From contig BDGG01000004.1 in assembly GCA_001949185.1 (NCBI GenBank), positions 1,265,620 to 1,329,619 on the forward strand: a DNA stretch of 64,000 nt. Reading direction: 5' to 3'. Positions 50,201 to 62,457 of the stretch are shown in pieces; the first letter of the stretch is position 1, and each line of letters begins with the position of its first letter. This stretch comes from Ramazzottius varieornatus (Eukaryota; Animalia; Tardigrada). Both the position numbers and the translations under genes were made by a program. The notes below the pieces were generated by a model. It made no database searches. It worked only from the letters and a program-made list of their open reading frames with translations, and had not been told where the DNA came from.

Positions 50201-50979
50201 TTCTGTCTACATATGACACAATGGTCGAGCTTGAAAGTGCAGTATCACACACGGTTAGCCCAGCGTGTCATTGATTACCTGATTATCTACTGATGGCAAA
50301 AATCTTTTTGACTGATTGACCGCTGACCGTTGACTGGCCGGTCTATCGTGTGCTCACTACCCGGGACGGATTCACGCGTACGACTGTGTGGAGGATCGTA
50401 CATACTGAGAATCAGACATCCTATCAGTTGATCTTCCCCCGTAGCGGAATGATCGAAAGCTGATCTTAACTTTCTAAAACGGCCAAGTTGACCCGCCTCG
50501 CGAACTAAGAACTATGGCCGTAAAAGAATCCATAAAAAATGTTGGATGGGTTGGCCAGGACGCGAAAAGTACCACCCATCGGTAGACGAAACAGAGCTTA
50601 ACTACTGCGTAGAAAAGACAAAAAATCAACAAGCTCACGTCTGATGGACCGTGAGAACCTGATGTACCGAGTTGGAAAACTGTCCAGATGTTTTTGTCCC
50701 CCCTTTGCACCATATCAAAAATAGAAAACTTTTTCGCTTGTCCTATATTTTGTATATATGAATAAATAATCTTAATAAATTCGATAAACTTCGTCCGCCC
50801 GAAAACCTGTAGCTCAGTAGTATCCTGTTTACACGCTAATACAGTTTCCAAAGATAATAAACCAAGTCACATCAAATTGCTACACTTACCTCGTAATAGT
50901 AGAAACGCTTTCCATTATTATCGCTGGCGTTCAGCTGGCCTTGAAGATCCAAAGTGGATGAGACGTTGCCACTGGCCAT
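47204..50979 (-). CDS. CCAP-R: Crustacean cardioactive peptide receptor (CCAPR; NPS/vasopressin-type class A GPCR)
   Basis: MASGNVSS...FYYYE|TEQLTF...LALA|DLLVG...TDIAWQIT...[17 protein letters not shown]...QCWI...[14 protein letters not shown]...CWSPY...[26 protein letters not shown] and QSLAPLNS are CCAPR hallmarks. Confidence 0.9.
47953..48045. repeat. Palindromic dispersed element, copy 13 (spacer 25 nt), CCAPR intron
   Basis: TGGGAGCTGGGCAAACAAGGCGTACAAGAT...GAGTGGCGCGT-N25-GTGCACCACTTGGG. Confidence 0.75.
48730..48820. repeat. AT-rich degenerate tandem repeat in a CCAPR intron
   Basis: Recurrent (T)ATCCATT/CATTATTTAA units. Confidence 0.45.
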
Positions 50980-52473
50980 AATGGCGGCCAATTTCCGGCT
51001 TTGACAGGATGTGCAATACCAATTGACAGCCGGCTTCAATTGGGAATTTAGGATCTAAATTGGCGAACTTGACACGGTTGTCAATTACACTTCAACACTT
51101 TTGGCATATCTCCGAGTTTTAACACCAAAAGATGGTTGATATGTAAGTCCGAATATTTCCCCAAGATGGTATAATCAACATTCGCTCGATGAAGTAAGCT
51201 GTCATTTCAGTTCGAGTATCCTCAATCAGGCGCTCAAAAATATCAATATGGTGACTGTCGAAGGACGACGCCGGCTCTAACGTCAAACAGCACAGTTGCT
51301 GTAATTGGGCGGTAACAAAATGGCTTTCATCTGAACCGAAGAACCGATACAAACTTGTTGTGGGATAGCGTGGACAGGAGACCGCAGAGGAAGATTGATG
51401 TTAGCATGGAGGATAATAAAGAGTGCATCGATGAATATCGAAATGACCGTTAGGATGACGATGTGCAGGCAGGATACCCCGTGAAAAATCCATTCGACAT
51501 TTACATATCAGCCCATCGTTCACCGATAAATCACACGCTCCCAATTATTGTTCTCTCCTACCATCGCCCACGTATGGCTAGACGAGAAAATATAACCGGT
51601 ACAGCGGAAGCAGTAGGAGACTGCGGAAAATTACTCCTGTGAAGAAAAATGAATGGACAGAATGTCGATCGTTGAATGTTTGAGCGCGGACAAAATAAAA
51701 CAGCAAACCAAGCGAGTGCCGTGATGTGCTCGTTCCCGGCCCTCCGGTTCTCAGGCCGCGCTACGTTATACGTTAAAAAATTCTGTGGTATGCTAATCCA
51801 TTAGATCCACAGTGCTTTTTGGTGTATGATACGGTACGACGTGGAGTGTGATGGGAGAATTAAATCAAAAGCCGGATCAGGGAGTTGCTTCGTCCCGCTG
51901 CCTTGACCGGAAATAACAGTCGAGATGGAGGGGTCTTCAGCTTTCTGCATTTGGAGATGTTGCTCGTCACGCTACTCGCTGCCCGACGTTTCACTCGTTC
52001 ACATTGTAAGGGAATGGATAATCAATCTTCGTTTGGAAATCTTCGACACGGAAACTATGAATATTTACGACACGCGGGATTCCGTATACTGGCCCTGGAG
52101 GGAGGACTTGCAGTACTTGACTTAACATCGCAGGTTCGGATTTTTTCCTAGTGTGCACTAATCCTCCGTGAAACCCTCCTGACCGCCGTTACCGTTAATA
52201 CACGCGGTCCTTGAGCCTGTTTTCTTCCGAAGAACAGACGAGCGAATAAATTATTACCGGTTTGTTGGGGGCAATCAAGCACGTATACCGGAAGTATGGT
52301 AGTGAGCATGAATGCTAGGATAACTTGAATAAGAAGTCAACAGTCGCGGAAACTCTCCAGACTTTTTATCTGGAGCCGGGAAGGGCCCGTGCAAAGGCAG
52401 AAAACATCTTTCTACGGGATACCGTCACCGTCTAGCGGAGGACTTGTCGAACCGTGCGGGTTGACTGGGCGAG

Positions 52474-52922
52474 CTACTGTTTCGAGCCCGCTTTTGATGT
52501 TTGTTCTCTTCCACAGAAATTTGAACGTGTGGTTGTCCAAGAATAGCGAGTGGCGTGCAAACGCATATACTTGGATTGGTGTGGTTGATTTATTGTAGAA
52601 AAATCACGTGTTTGTAAAGAAACGCAAAGTTGAAACTTCCGGTTGATGGATAATGGTGAAATGTTGCGTGTGCAACCACGCACACGTTGAAACGTCAAGT
52701 CCAGTAATTGGACGTGCTAACGAACGCGTGAAGTTCACCGAGAATTGATAAGACATAATCGAGGTCCTTCACAGCCCCGGGATGCTTTGAATAAGCAGTG
52801 CCAAGCTCTGCTCCTTTAAACCCTGTCAACCGTGACGGTTCTTCCCTTTTCAGCTTTTCTCTTACAAGCGTAAGCGAATCTCCAAATGGCACGCATCCGT
52901 CTGTCACTAAACTGAGGATCAT
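52474..52922 (-). pseudogene. Probable hAT-superfamily transposase remnant
   Basis: LSLVTDG...VREKLKREEPSRL...AELG...VLSILGELHAFVSTS and, in a shifted frame, KYMRLHATRYS. The order matches hAT motifs TDG..V...LK...P...LEL...LY.FF..S...TRW. Stops and frameshift present. Confidence 0.45.
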
Positions 52923-53745
52923 ACAAAGCTTTCGTTAAAGGTTTTCAGTCAATGTCGATTCCTGCTCTTGCGACATTCACTGATCGCTGTTGGCAGGAAG
53001 CTAAGCTGTATCGAAGGACCACCTGAAAAAATATTAAATGTTCCCTTAAATGTTCCCGATAGCTCGGGAGTAATCAGTGTTTGATCCTGAGCCTAGGCTA
53101 TCAGAAAGGGCAGAGGAGTGAGGAGGGCCCGGGGCGCAGAGGCCGAATCTTTTATTTTGCTCCCTTTTTTGTCTGCATCTCGTTCCCTGTAGGGAACCTG
53201 AGGCTGACCCCAGCCAGACTTTTGTTCGGAATGCGATTTTACGTGATTCTGGCCGATCGGATTCAGTAGCGCGTGCACAAATTGAAACTTATTGTCTTCA
53301 GCGATAATTGTGGTTAATGTTCAAACCTGATACGACTTACCATTCACATTCTCCTGCTTATATATCAACGGGATACCACCAGCTCAATTCCGACGAAGAA
53401 ACTACGACGGACACCCATTCCACTGCAACAACTCTTCGTCTGAGCTCGCTAACGGGACCGGTGCAGCTCAGTGGAACAGGTGGAAGGCTGACGCACCGAG
53501 CCGTCACTTCCTCCTTGGTATCACACCCAGACTGTGTACCACCTCCAGTCTAGCTGTATCGACGTCACCCATCGATGCGATCAGACGACCTCAACATGCC
53601 CAATTAAAAATCATCCGCGTTCGATTATCATGAATAGTTTCATTAATTAACGGTTCGTTCTCGTATGTCTCAGTTATAAACATTAAAATCTAATATTGCT
53701 CACTTTCATCCCTCTGAGCTCGAGTCTTTCTCGCCTACGCATCGA

Positions 53746-53806
53746 CAACATGATACACCGGAGAAATTACTACGGCGTGCAACATGATAAACCGGAGAAA
53801 TTACTG
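53746..53806. repeat. Direct tandem duplication, 34-bp period
   Basis: CAACATGATACACCGGAGAAATTACT at 53746 and CAACATGATAAACCGGAGAAATTACT at 53780. Confidence 0.8.
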
Positions 53807-54038
53807 CGTACTGGACCAGAAATAACAAAGAGACGAAATCTAATCTCTTGAAAACAGGAATGTGATAGAAAAAGGAGAGCGTTACTCGGTCAATCACAGA
53901 AAGCAGGAATAAAAAACAACGATTGTAATTCTATACGGAAATTATTACGACTTTATATAAAAACCTATCAACAATATGCGCTGTATGCTGAGTCGTGCGG
54001 AATCGTCTGACCTGAGATTATGAGATGATAGTCGAGAT

Positions 54039-57000
54039 CTAGCCAAAACGTTGCTGATCCAGTAATTGAGCACGCCTTTTGGATTTGCGTTTCCGTGTAG
54101 ATTCGTATGAGCAGGTACCGCGGCAAAGCAGGAGCCAGAGCAGCAGTACAGCTATCACAAGAGCTACCACACTGCAGCTGGCACTGATAGCGGTTATCTG
54201 TAATGGAGTGAGATCGTCCGCAGTGACCGGCCATCTTGGCCCTACAAAATAATTCCCCGTAAGTTACGAGACCACGTCGGCAAATGAATCAACCCAGATC
54301 GTTTTACCAAGTGGCGCACGTTTCCGACCAACGACAGGCAAAACGTGCGCCACTTGAAGCAACGATCTGAGGGAAACCATGCGCCGACATCCTAATTACC
54401 ATTTCTAAAGGGGAAAAGTCCCTGATAAATTAGATAAAACCCACCGGAAGCGTTGCTGTTAACGTTTCTGTTTTGAAGATTAGCATCGAGCAGGTAGTGG
54501 TTAGAAGGGTGCGATCGAGAACCCGGTGTCAAAATAGCCGAAGAAGGTGTGGACGCGGTGACAGCACCTACTTCCTCACGCGTTCCGGAAGTCTCACGGT
54601 CAGACAAGTGGGAGGGACCGGGTGATAGATTGAGCAATACTGCGGTTTGAGGTTGATCATTGCCGGAAGAAGTCAGCTGTGAGCTGAACCTTTGAACGTC
54701 AGCCGGTCGAATGTCCAAATTAAGGTTCATATCAAGCACGCTTTCCGGCCCTTTGTTGGAGCTCTCTACAGACTCTTTGCGGTTCTCTGCATCTCTTCCA
54801 CCGGCCACCGGAGACTGCCTTCCGGCATAGAAGTCCTTGTATGGCTCTTCAGTTGACGGGTTACTCGGTTCGTAACCGAACTGACCATCGCCTAGTGGTG
54901 CAGCAGTTTGCAACCTGGGCCTTCGAAGTTGCGCTGTATACAAAATGGCTCCCCGATCGTCAGCTGGATCGTCACTGCCAGAAACGGCCTTTGGTGTTCT
55001 TGTTGTTCGAATAGAACGTGTCAGGTCCTGCAGAATTCCAACCGCTGGTCGTCTAACAGGGACGCCTTGCCCAGGAACTTTACTTGTGTCTTTTCCTGTG
55101 AGGCCTTCCACAGACAAGTCATCGTCTTCTAATGGATCGCTGGGTCCGTCTTGGTCCGCCATCTGTATGACGCGGCTACCACCGCCCATGCTACGCAAAG
55201 AGGAGAAGGCCTTAATTCAAGCAATCATCATGAGCGTATCGTTGACCGAAAACCAAAAAAGCTGATTGAACTGGAAATTAGTGATAAGCTGAATCCCGAC
55301 TACAAGACATCTGCACGCGCTCTGGGGAGCTTAGCGAAGGCGTGATGTGATTCGGGTACGAATATGGTATTTTCCGTTTATTCTTAGAGCTCATAACGAG
55401 GCCGTGACTGCTCAGCTGGATGATGGCCATACCCAGTTTCTAAGCGAATGGTGGCTGGCAGGTAATTGCACGATATCCGGAATGAACGGTCCGTTCCCAT
55501 TACCACACTGGCATGTTCCTGCAATGAAGACACCATGTCCAGCGGTGATAATCCATGTACTGCACTGTTTCTGGTCGGAACATCCTACTATCTTTGTCTC
55601 GAAACGACTCCACTCTACGGTGTAAAGAGCCGATCGAGCTCATGACAGAGATTACCGACAATAAACCATATCAGCTCCATCCGGAAACGCACTGATTACT
55701 GTACAGTACCTGGATCATCACAATGGCTTCCATAATGGTCCCGTTCTGTAACAAAGAAGATTTGGGCTCATTCCCGCCAGTTTTCATTCGCTTGGTGGTG
55801 TGGGATAAGAACTAAGAAGAATTGTTTAAAATTGATACATGCAAGGACGAAGTCGATTACCTGCCGGAAGTGTACTTCACACGTGGTATAGTTGATGCTC
55901 AAAACGTAGGTTGGCTGACTGGCAGCCAGTCCTTGGCCGCGAACCGAGCAGTGAGCTTGACTTTGACCACTGGCCCTCTGCACCGCAATGACACCTTCAA
56001 ACCCTTCTCCAGTTTCAATCGTCACTTCCGCTTCGCCTTTTCGACAATCGACATTGCGCACCGCATCTGTCAAAATAAACTGAAGATGTCGCTTTTTTTT
56101 CTTCTAAACCGATGATGACGCTTCTTAGACTGATTCGTTTTGAGACGTGGGCAAATAGTTCAAAACCAGATCGCCATCAAAAGTGGCACACACTTATACC
56201 TAATAATAGCGATGGTGTGCGCCACTTGTGATAACAATCGGTTTCATGTCCAGTTTTTTTACATCAGATTTATTTCTATCCGGAAATTACTTTCACCTAT
56301 GCCCTAACCTCAAGTCGAAAGAGGATATTTGAAATTTTTGGGATCGCACATCGGAGGCTTTTTCTTTGTTTTTCCACAGACAACTTTTGTATGGATCTTG
56401 CCACTCCGCTGTACGTCCGACACGCTTTTGCAACGTTTTCGCTCGGTTTAGCGACCAACTACTAAAAGTTGCCGAATCAAGCTCAATTAGGCCAACCAAC
56501 GAAATGTTGGTCGCTTTTAGTAGTTGGTCGCTAAACCGAGCGGAAACGTTGCAAAAGCGTGTCGGACGTACGAAATGTTTTCCCAGCAAGCAGTTAGGGG
56601 TTTACGGCATGCCTTCGTAAGACTGTGAGGGTCAGAAGACTTTTGAAGTTCCCCGAGCAGTCAAAAAGGAACTGCTGATTTTTTCAAAAATGTACGTTGC
56701 ACTCGATTGGTTTGCAATTTAACCGTACATTTTTTGGTCTCGATCGAACTGGCACTAGCTTTGTCCCAGTTGATTTGCCGGTCCCGGAAGTTGAACGTGG
56801 TGGGAACATTCACCAATGGATCAGCTGGAAGGAGGATCCGCCCTTCTCTTCCACTGTTGGGTTCTTCCACCAGCTTCTCAACCTGGAAAAGGTACTTGGT
56901 CGAAGGCCGGAGCTCGTCGATGCGAACTCGTGTCTCATTCGTCTGGAACAACTTGCATAAGCGTGGTTCGTCATCCCACGGACTGTCCTCGCAGTAAGTC

Positions 57001-57396
57001 ACCACAAAAGACGGTGATGAGTCGTTGGTGCTGTCGGGATCCCATTGTAAAGATACACTGCGCACCTCGCTTTGCAAGCGTAGATTGGGCACTATCACAC
57101 CTACAAAGAGAGCCATTTTTGATGAACTGGGAGCTGGGCAAACAATGCGTACAAGATCGCAGCTGAAGTGACGCACGTTCTAATTGTTCATTACCAGAAG
57201 GGTGCGCCACTTCGAAAAACAAACTCGTAAGTTTTGTTTGCTCAGTTCCCAACTGTTGAATACGTAAATTAAATTGAGGAATTTACCCAAAACGGGTCTT
57301 ACCCAGAACGGTGGCGCACCCATACAGTTGAAGGGCAAGAATGGACCAACGCCTACTGTTTAGGCGGAAACAATCTGGTAATCCCAGTATCCGCAT
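54039..57396 (-). CDS. Type I membrane protein: signal peptide, FN3 domain, ZP-N-like domain, disordered stalk, TM, basic tail
   Basis: MRILGLPD...LALQLYGCATVLG|VIVPNL...SVSLQWD...FVVTYCE...IDELRPSTKYLFQV (FN3); VDCRKGEAEVTIETGEGFEGVI...HC...YVLSINYTTC...IVMIQEHASVVMGTDRSFRISCNY (four-Cys ZP-N pattern); last exon VVALVIAVLLLWLLLC...RKRKSKRR...FG*. Confidence 0.75.
54272..54392. repeat. Palindromic dispersed element, copy 14 (spacer 25 nt), FN3-ZP gene intron
   Basis: GTCGGCAAATGAATCAACCCAGATCGTTTTACCAAGTGGCGCAC-N25-GTGCGCCACTTGAAGCAACGATCTG...GCCGACATCC. Confidence 0.88.
56141..56255. repeat. Palindromic dispersed element, copy 15 (spacer 25 nt), FN3-ZP gene intron
   Basis: GTGGGCAAAT...CCAGATCGCCATCAAAAGTGGCACAC-N25-GTGCGCCACTTGTGATAACAATCGG. 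Confidence 0.8.
56414..56568. mobile_element. Young TA-flanked MITE (155 bp) with near-perfect ~55-bp TIRs
   Basis: CGTCCGACACGCTTTTGCAACGTTTTCGCTCGGTTTAGCGACCAACTACTAAAAG and its reverse complement with one mismatch; TA at 56412-13 and 56569-70. Confidence 0.9.
57128..57251. repeat. Palindromic dispersed element, copy 16 (spacer 25 nt), FN3-ZP gene first intron
   Basis: TGGGAGCTGGGCAAACAATGCGTACAAGATCGCAGCTGAAGTGACGCAC-N25-GTGCGCCACTTCG...TTGTTTGCTCAGTTCCCA. Confidence 0.85.
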
Positions 57397-58429
57397 AGTA
57401 AACAAACGAGGTCGCCAGCATCGGCCAACAGCAACGACGACAGTTTCCCTGATTACAGCAATTATGTCAGATGCTTAGTTGGCCACTCTAGATTCGCTTC
57501 ACGATTAAGAGCTTGAATAAATGTTAGGTAATCAGCAAACTTCAGTCAGACTGGTCGACGGACCAAGATAAAAAAAAATTGGGAACAGTACGTTGATCAC
57601 CGGCGAGTTCGAATAGATCGTCTGCATGGATTTTCTACCGAGACCGATGATGACTGGAGTTTCAAGGAGGAAGCCTGGGAAGAAGGAAAGTAATGGTCAG
57701 CAAGATGCAATTACTGGCCAAAGTGCTTTTCGCGGTAGAGGAATTACGCGAGTTAGATGAGTGTACTCAATCGGAAATAAACGATCTTACTGGTGCGATG
57801 AGACACTCTTTTCCTACATAGGGCTCCTCACATGAGCTGTAACTCGAGAGACATTGTATCACAGCTTGATGATCAAGAGCCGACATGTAGTACCTCACTA
57901 TAATTAGGGTCACTCTTGCTCTTACTGCCATGTTCTCGTACTGTACTTGTAGCAGAGTTGGTTGTGGTCATGACACACTCTTGCACGCGCTTGAGCTAGC
58001 ACTTGCTTCCAGCTATGGTTCAATGGCGGCCAGAACATGTAGGAAAATCTCCATCAGAGCAAAGAACAACATCCGAAAAAGAGAAGAAGAAGCATTTCTC
58101 ATGGTTCCACCTCAATGCATCTCATAAAAGGTGCCAACAGCTCATTCACTCTTCTTGACCGTCCAACCATGGCCTCCTACCAAGAGCGCCATGCCAAGAG
58201 CTGCATATGGCTTAAACGTCACCTAGAGAAAAAGACCTCGAATATGTAAGCTCTTTATTATCAAAAAAAACTCGCATCGATGTAATAACTTCTCGGTTAT
58301 GAAAACAACGAAACTCACTTTTCAGAGCGTTCCCTTTCTCGCGAATCAGAGTTTGCCATTTAGTTAAGACCCAATTCGAATGTTCTCGCGAGTTCTTAGG
58401 CCACTTTCCACATCCGCCGTCAAGCATTC

Positions 58430-58553
58430 TGGGATACCGGCAAGAGGAATTTTCAGATCATTGTCTCAAGTGGCGCATTGTACCATTATTTTTCGGTGAG
58501 AGCGTGCGCCGCCTGGGCAAACGGTCTGGTACAATTTATTTTCCAACGTTTCA
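58430..58553. repeat. Palindromic dispersed element, copy 17 (spacer 25 nt), intergenic
   Basis: TGGGATACCGGCAAG...CAGATCATTGTCTCAAGTGGCGCAT-N25-GTGCGCCGCCTGGGCAAACGGTCTG. Confidence 0.8.
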
Positions 58554-58746
58554 TCTTTGCTTTCTTTCCGTTTGGTATACTTGATTGCTTACACTTTTCG
58601 AACTCTGGAGTCCATTTCAGAGGTCGTCGTATGAATCCACACCGTGCGGTAATTCGTCCATGTCCGGTTACAGCAATTAAGCTCATCACCAATGCTCTGC
58701 AAATAATCAGCATTAGCAGGCGCCGATAAGTACAAAGGCAGTATCG

Positions 58747-58783
58747 GCGGCACAGAATGTGCGGCACAGAATGTGCGGCACAG
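58747..58783. repeat. 14-bp tandem repeat (about 2.6 copies)
   Basis: GCGGCACAGAATGT GCGGCACAGAATGT GCGGCACAG. Confidence 0.85.
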
Positions 58784-59707
58784 TTCAGCGAACTTGAACT
58801 TATGACAATAGATTAAGTATACCTTGCAGCAAAACAGTCCGCGGACGCTTTCACAGCAGCTCGCGTGCCCGGTTATATTAGACCCTTCACTGGATACGCT
58901 CAGGCTGAGCTTCGAATCATCGCTAACTAACCGTAAGCGCTTCTCAGCTCCACACTTCAGCTATGGCGAAAAAGCGTGAGAACCCGTCGCGCATCACTTT
59001 CGGCTAAACTTGCGTGGGCTTTAGTAATTGGACTGGTCAAGAGCCTCGGCGACCAGCGTTGATCCAGTATGCGGTCTCGGTTCTCCAGCCTACAATGAAA
59101 AACATCCCACAATAGCAACCGTCTCGCTCACTACCACACATTCTCAGTGGTTATTTACCTTCTTGATTTCCGAGTCTTCGGTGGTGGTACTGGAGCACAT
59201 GGATGCCGCCTGCCAACGAGGTTCGTGCCATGATCTTGGGAGGAGTGCACCCCCACCCTAACGCAGCTGATCCCAAAAAAACAGTTCGGACCCTCAGGTT
59301 AAACAGTATTGGTGGACTGTAAGCTTTGGAGGTCAGTTTACAGGGGTGCACCTCCTAGTGACGGATCATGGCACGAACTTTTTGGCTGGCGGCATCTATG
59401 CTGGAAAAGTCAGGGAGCCAAAAGGAAACAAGAAGTGAGCCCGGTTCCAGCATTGACCGTCCGAAAACAATGACAATTCCACCGCATAGCGAGCCGTACC
59501 GTTCAAATGTCGTCCGTTCCGCAAGAAAGGTGTACAATGGTTTCCGCTCGGTGGCGGACGGCGGACGTAGGACAGTCACGTCATGAATGGCTCACTGTTA
59601 ATAAACAACCATTATTAAGCAAAACGTGGCATTGTTAGGACGCCAAGGTCGCTTTCTCTATGAAGCAGAAGAGGAAGATTATAATGTGGTACTCATGATG
59701 GGATGGA

Positions 59708-61076
59708 ATGGGCAAGTCTGTGATCATCACCTACATCTTATGGCTGTTCGGGGGCTTCCTCGGACTGCATCATCTGTATCTGCGACGTGATCGCCATGCT
59801 TTCACCTGGCTGGCCACGGGCGGTGGCGTCTTCGGTCTAGGATGGCTGCGAGAAGCGACGCGCCTGCCAACATATGTCCAAGAAGCCAACCAAACTCCCC
59901 AGTTTGTCGAGAAGCGTTTCCGGGCCATCCACAAGCGCTCGTCTCCGCCGTATAACTCCACTCGCGTTGCTGGTGAACTCATCCTCGGTACTCTGTTCGG
60001 CTTTGTCCTCTCCTTGGCGATCCCTCCCCCTGAAGAACATGAATTCATCCATAAATATGCGCGATACCTGATACCAGCTGCAGTCGCAGCAGGTTTGTTG
60101 TCCCGAGCATCTTAGAAAACGTTAAAAAATTCACAATTTGAAAAAAAGAACTTTGATATTGATCAATCAATAATCAATGGACGAGCTTATTTCATAGCAG
60201 ACTGCTTATTCTGAAGTCTATACAGATGTCATGGTGTTATAAGTGTGACATGTCCGTCAGTCAAGGAAGTCTCCATGTCATGTCTTCCCTTACTTGCAGG
60301 TGTGCATGTTGTTGGCAACATCGGTCTAGAATGTGGGAAGTTTCGATGGCCGCTGTTGGGTGCTTACGTCGGAGCCATCATCTTCGCATTCAACGCCAGT
60401 TCGATAGCGTACTCTGCGGTGTTCGCCACCTTCGCCTTCAACTGGCTCTCGCGAGACTGGGTTCGCCAGCCCAAACCAGCGATCCACCGAAATCCAGCTT
60501 ATCGGCTGGCGGTCTTCACCAGTTGTGTCCTATTGTACACCGCGATGTGGGGATCGTTCCTGTGGTTTAACGCCAAATTGGTTTCGCAAGACGGAACTGT
60601 GACTACCTTCCGTGAAGGTCTTCAGAACTTTTCACAAAGCAAAGCCTGGCTGGAATGCAGGGAGGCCATAAGACAGTTGTGGGAGTACGGATGGGCACAT
60701 GGCTGGTCAAATGTCCTGGAAGAACTCATTCGGACATTGGATCCTTACGGTGAAACTAGGGCCTACAGCGTGAGCATGAAGTTTCTTACACCACATTGAT
60801 TTTCTGTACAATGTGGTTTACCCAACTTGGTTTTGTGTTCAGGTGCTGGAAGTGAAGCCGGATGCAACACATCAGGAAATCTCGGCTCAGTATCGGAAAC
60901 TGTCGCGCGAATGGCATCCTGATCGACATCGGGACCCGGAAAAGAAAAAGCTTGCCGAACGTAATTTTGTAGAAATTGCACAAGCTTACGAAAAGCTCAA
61001 CAAAGGGAAACAAGGGCACAGAACTGATCATTCGCACGACTTCTTTGAACAGCAGCATTTCCACCAAGAATTTTGA
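59708..61076 (+). CDS. DNAJC22: DnaJ homolog subfamily C member 22 (Wurst): TM2 domain, multi-TM, C-terminal J domain
   Basis: KSVIITYILWLFGGFLGLHHLYLRRDRHAF; LDPYGETRAYS|VLEV...YRKLSREWHPDR...FVEIAQAYEKL. Confidence 0.93.
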
Positions 61077-61477
61077 ATGTTTTACCGTATAACGTTGGAT
61101 GAATTGGTTCTAACTAGTGCATTTTATAGCAGATGAATGCTCAGTAATCTCACACTCGGCAGCTACGGATGAACTACTGTTTTTTATTCAATGAGCTTGA
61201 AATTTCCTGCTACCCGAAGATAACTTTCCTCTTTCCATACTAACACAAAAGTCCTTAGTAGTATTATGCCATGGGCGCGGTCGCTGGCGCTGTTCGTAAA
61301 CGTCCGAAAACGCTGCAAGCATAGTTTGCAAGCATTTCCGTGGCGTTACTCTTTGGTAGTCCTACAAAACAGTAGCTTTCACGAATGATATTCAGAAAAT
61401 ATCGGACTACTTGGAACCCTGCGCGGGCCGGAGACATACCTCTCATTTCGGACCAGAGTTGCCAGTTAGAGGAATGG

Positions 61478-62043
61478 TCAGGGTCTGGCGAAGCCGACTG
61501 ACCGAAACCCGCAATTGCTTGGGATAGACTGGTCAAGTAGGAATCTGTAAGTACGACAAGCACAAACTTGCATCAAAATTCGATTCATAGTTATGCGACT
61601 GACTCGTACGAACTCTGGCTCACAGAGGGTGACAGGTGCATCTCCGTATTTGGATTGTGAGACCATAGCGGACAGCTTGACTTTCTCCGGCTTCGTCATG
61701 GCTTTCGAGTTTAGGTAGACATCGTTGTACATTTCATCCTGCGAAACGCCTGCCGAAACTCAAATTTTGCGTTTTTGACAAACAAGGAAGTGAGCGGCGA
61801 CCGCAGTAAACTCACCACGCGCATCTGGTTCTTCGTCCGCATCGTCAAAGCTCTTGCCCCAATACCAGCAGCCAGTGCTATGAACAGTGCCGCGCCAATA
61901 CCATACGTTGGGGAATAGTGTTTGGGAGCATCCTTGACAGTCATGCGGATGTAATAAACCGACAACAATGCAGCAGTGCTAGCCAACGCATAGAGTGGCA
62001 TCGCGGCCTGACAGTAATCGGGTGCCACATGATCATGAGACAT
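61478..62043 (-). CDS. Small uncharacterised protein with two predicted TM helices (2 exons, intron 61739-61815)
   Basis: MSHDH...LYALASTAALLSVYYI...YGIGAALFIALAAGIGARAL..QMRV|DEMYND...; canonical GTGAGT donor and TTTCGCAG acceptor join the two ORFs in frame. No family recognised. Confidence 0.55.
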
Positions 62044-62457
62044 CTCCGTACGACTATCGACAAACTAGTGTCTCGAAACGTTCTGAACCCGACTGCTAAC
62101 AAGAGTTCATCCTGTAGTTGCTATGTTAAGTGAAAGAGAATCTTCCAGAGAAGTTAAAATCCCATTTTGTACAAGTCATAAACATTCCAGCTGAACGAAA
62201 CATGCAACGAGAACAAATTACAACTACAAGAAAGCTCAGCGATTTGTACAATGAAGGATACCTGCCGTGGTACATATATGGCAAAACTTGCTAGTTTCCC
62301 GCAGAAAGACAAGCCAAGACTAAATCTCAATAAGAAATAATAACTAAAACCCAGAACGTAAAGACTGAGAAGTAAAAGCTAAAAGGGAAAACAACAATGT
62401 TGTCATGCACCAGGAAAGAACGCCTTCTATGGTAGATAGTACTGCTGCAATACACCT

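Noticed and set aside
57309-57320. Isolated GTGGCGCAC half-site
   Set aside because: It lies in the first coding exon of the FN3-ZP gene (codons G-C-A-T), with no partner half-site or arms.
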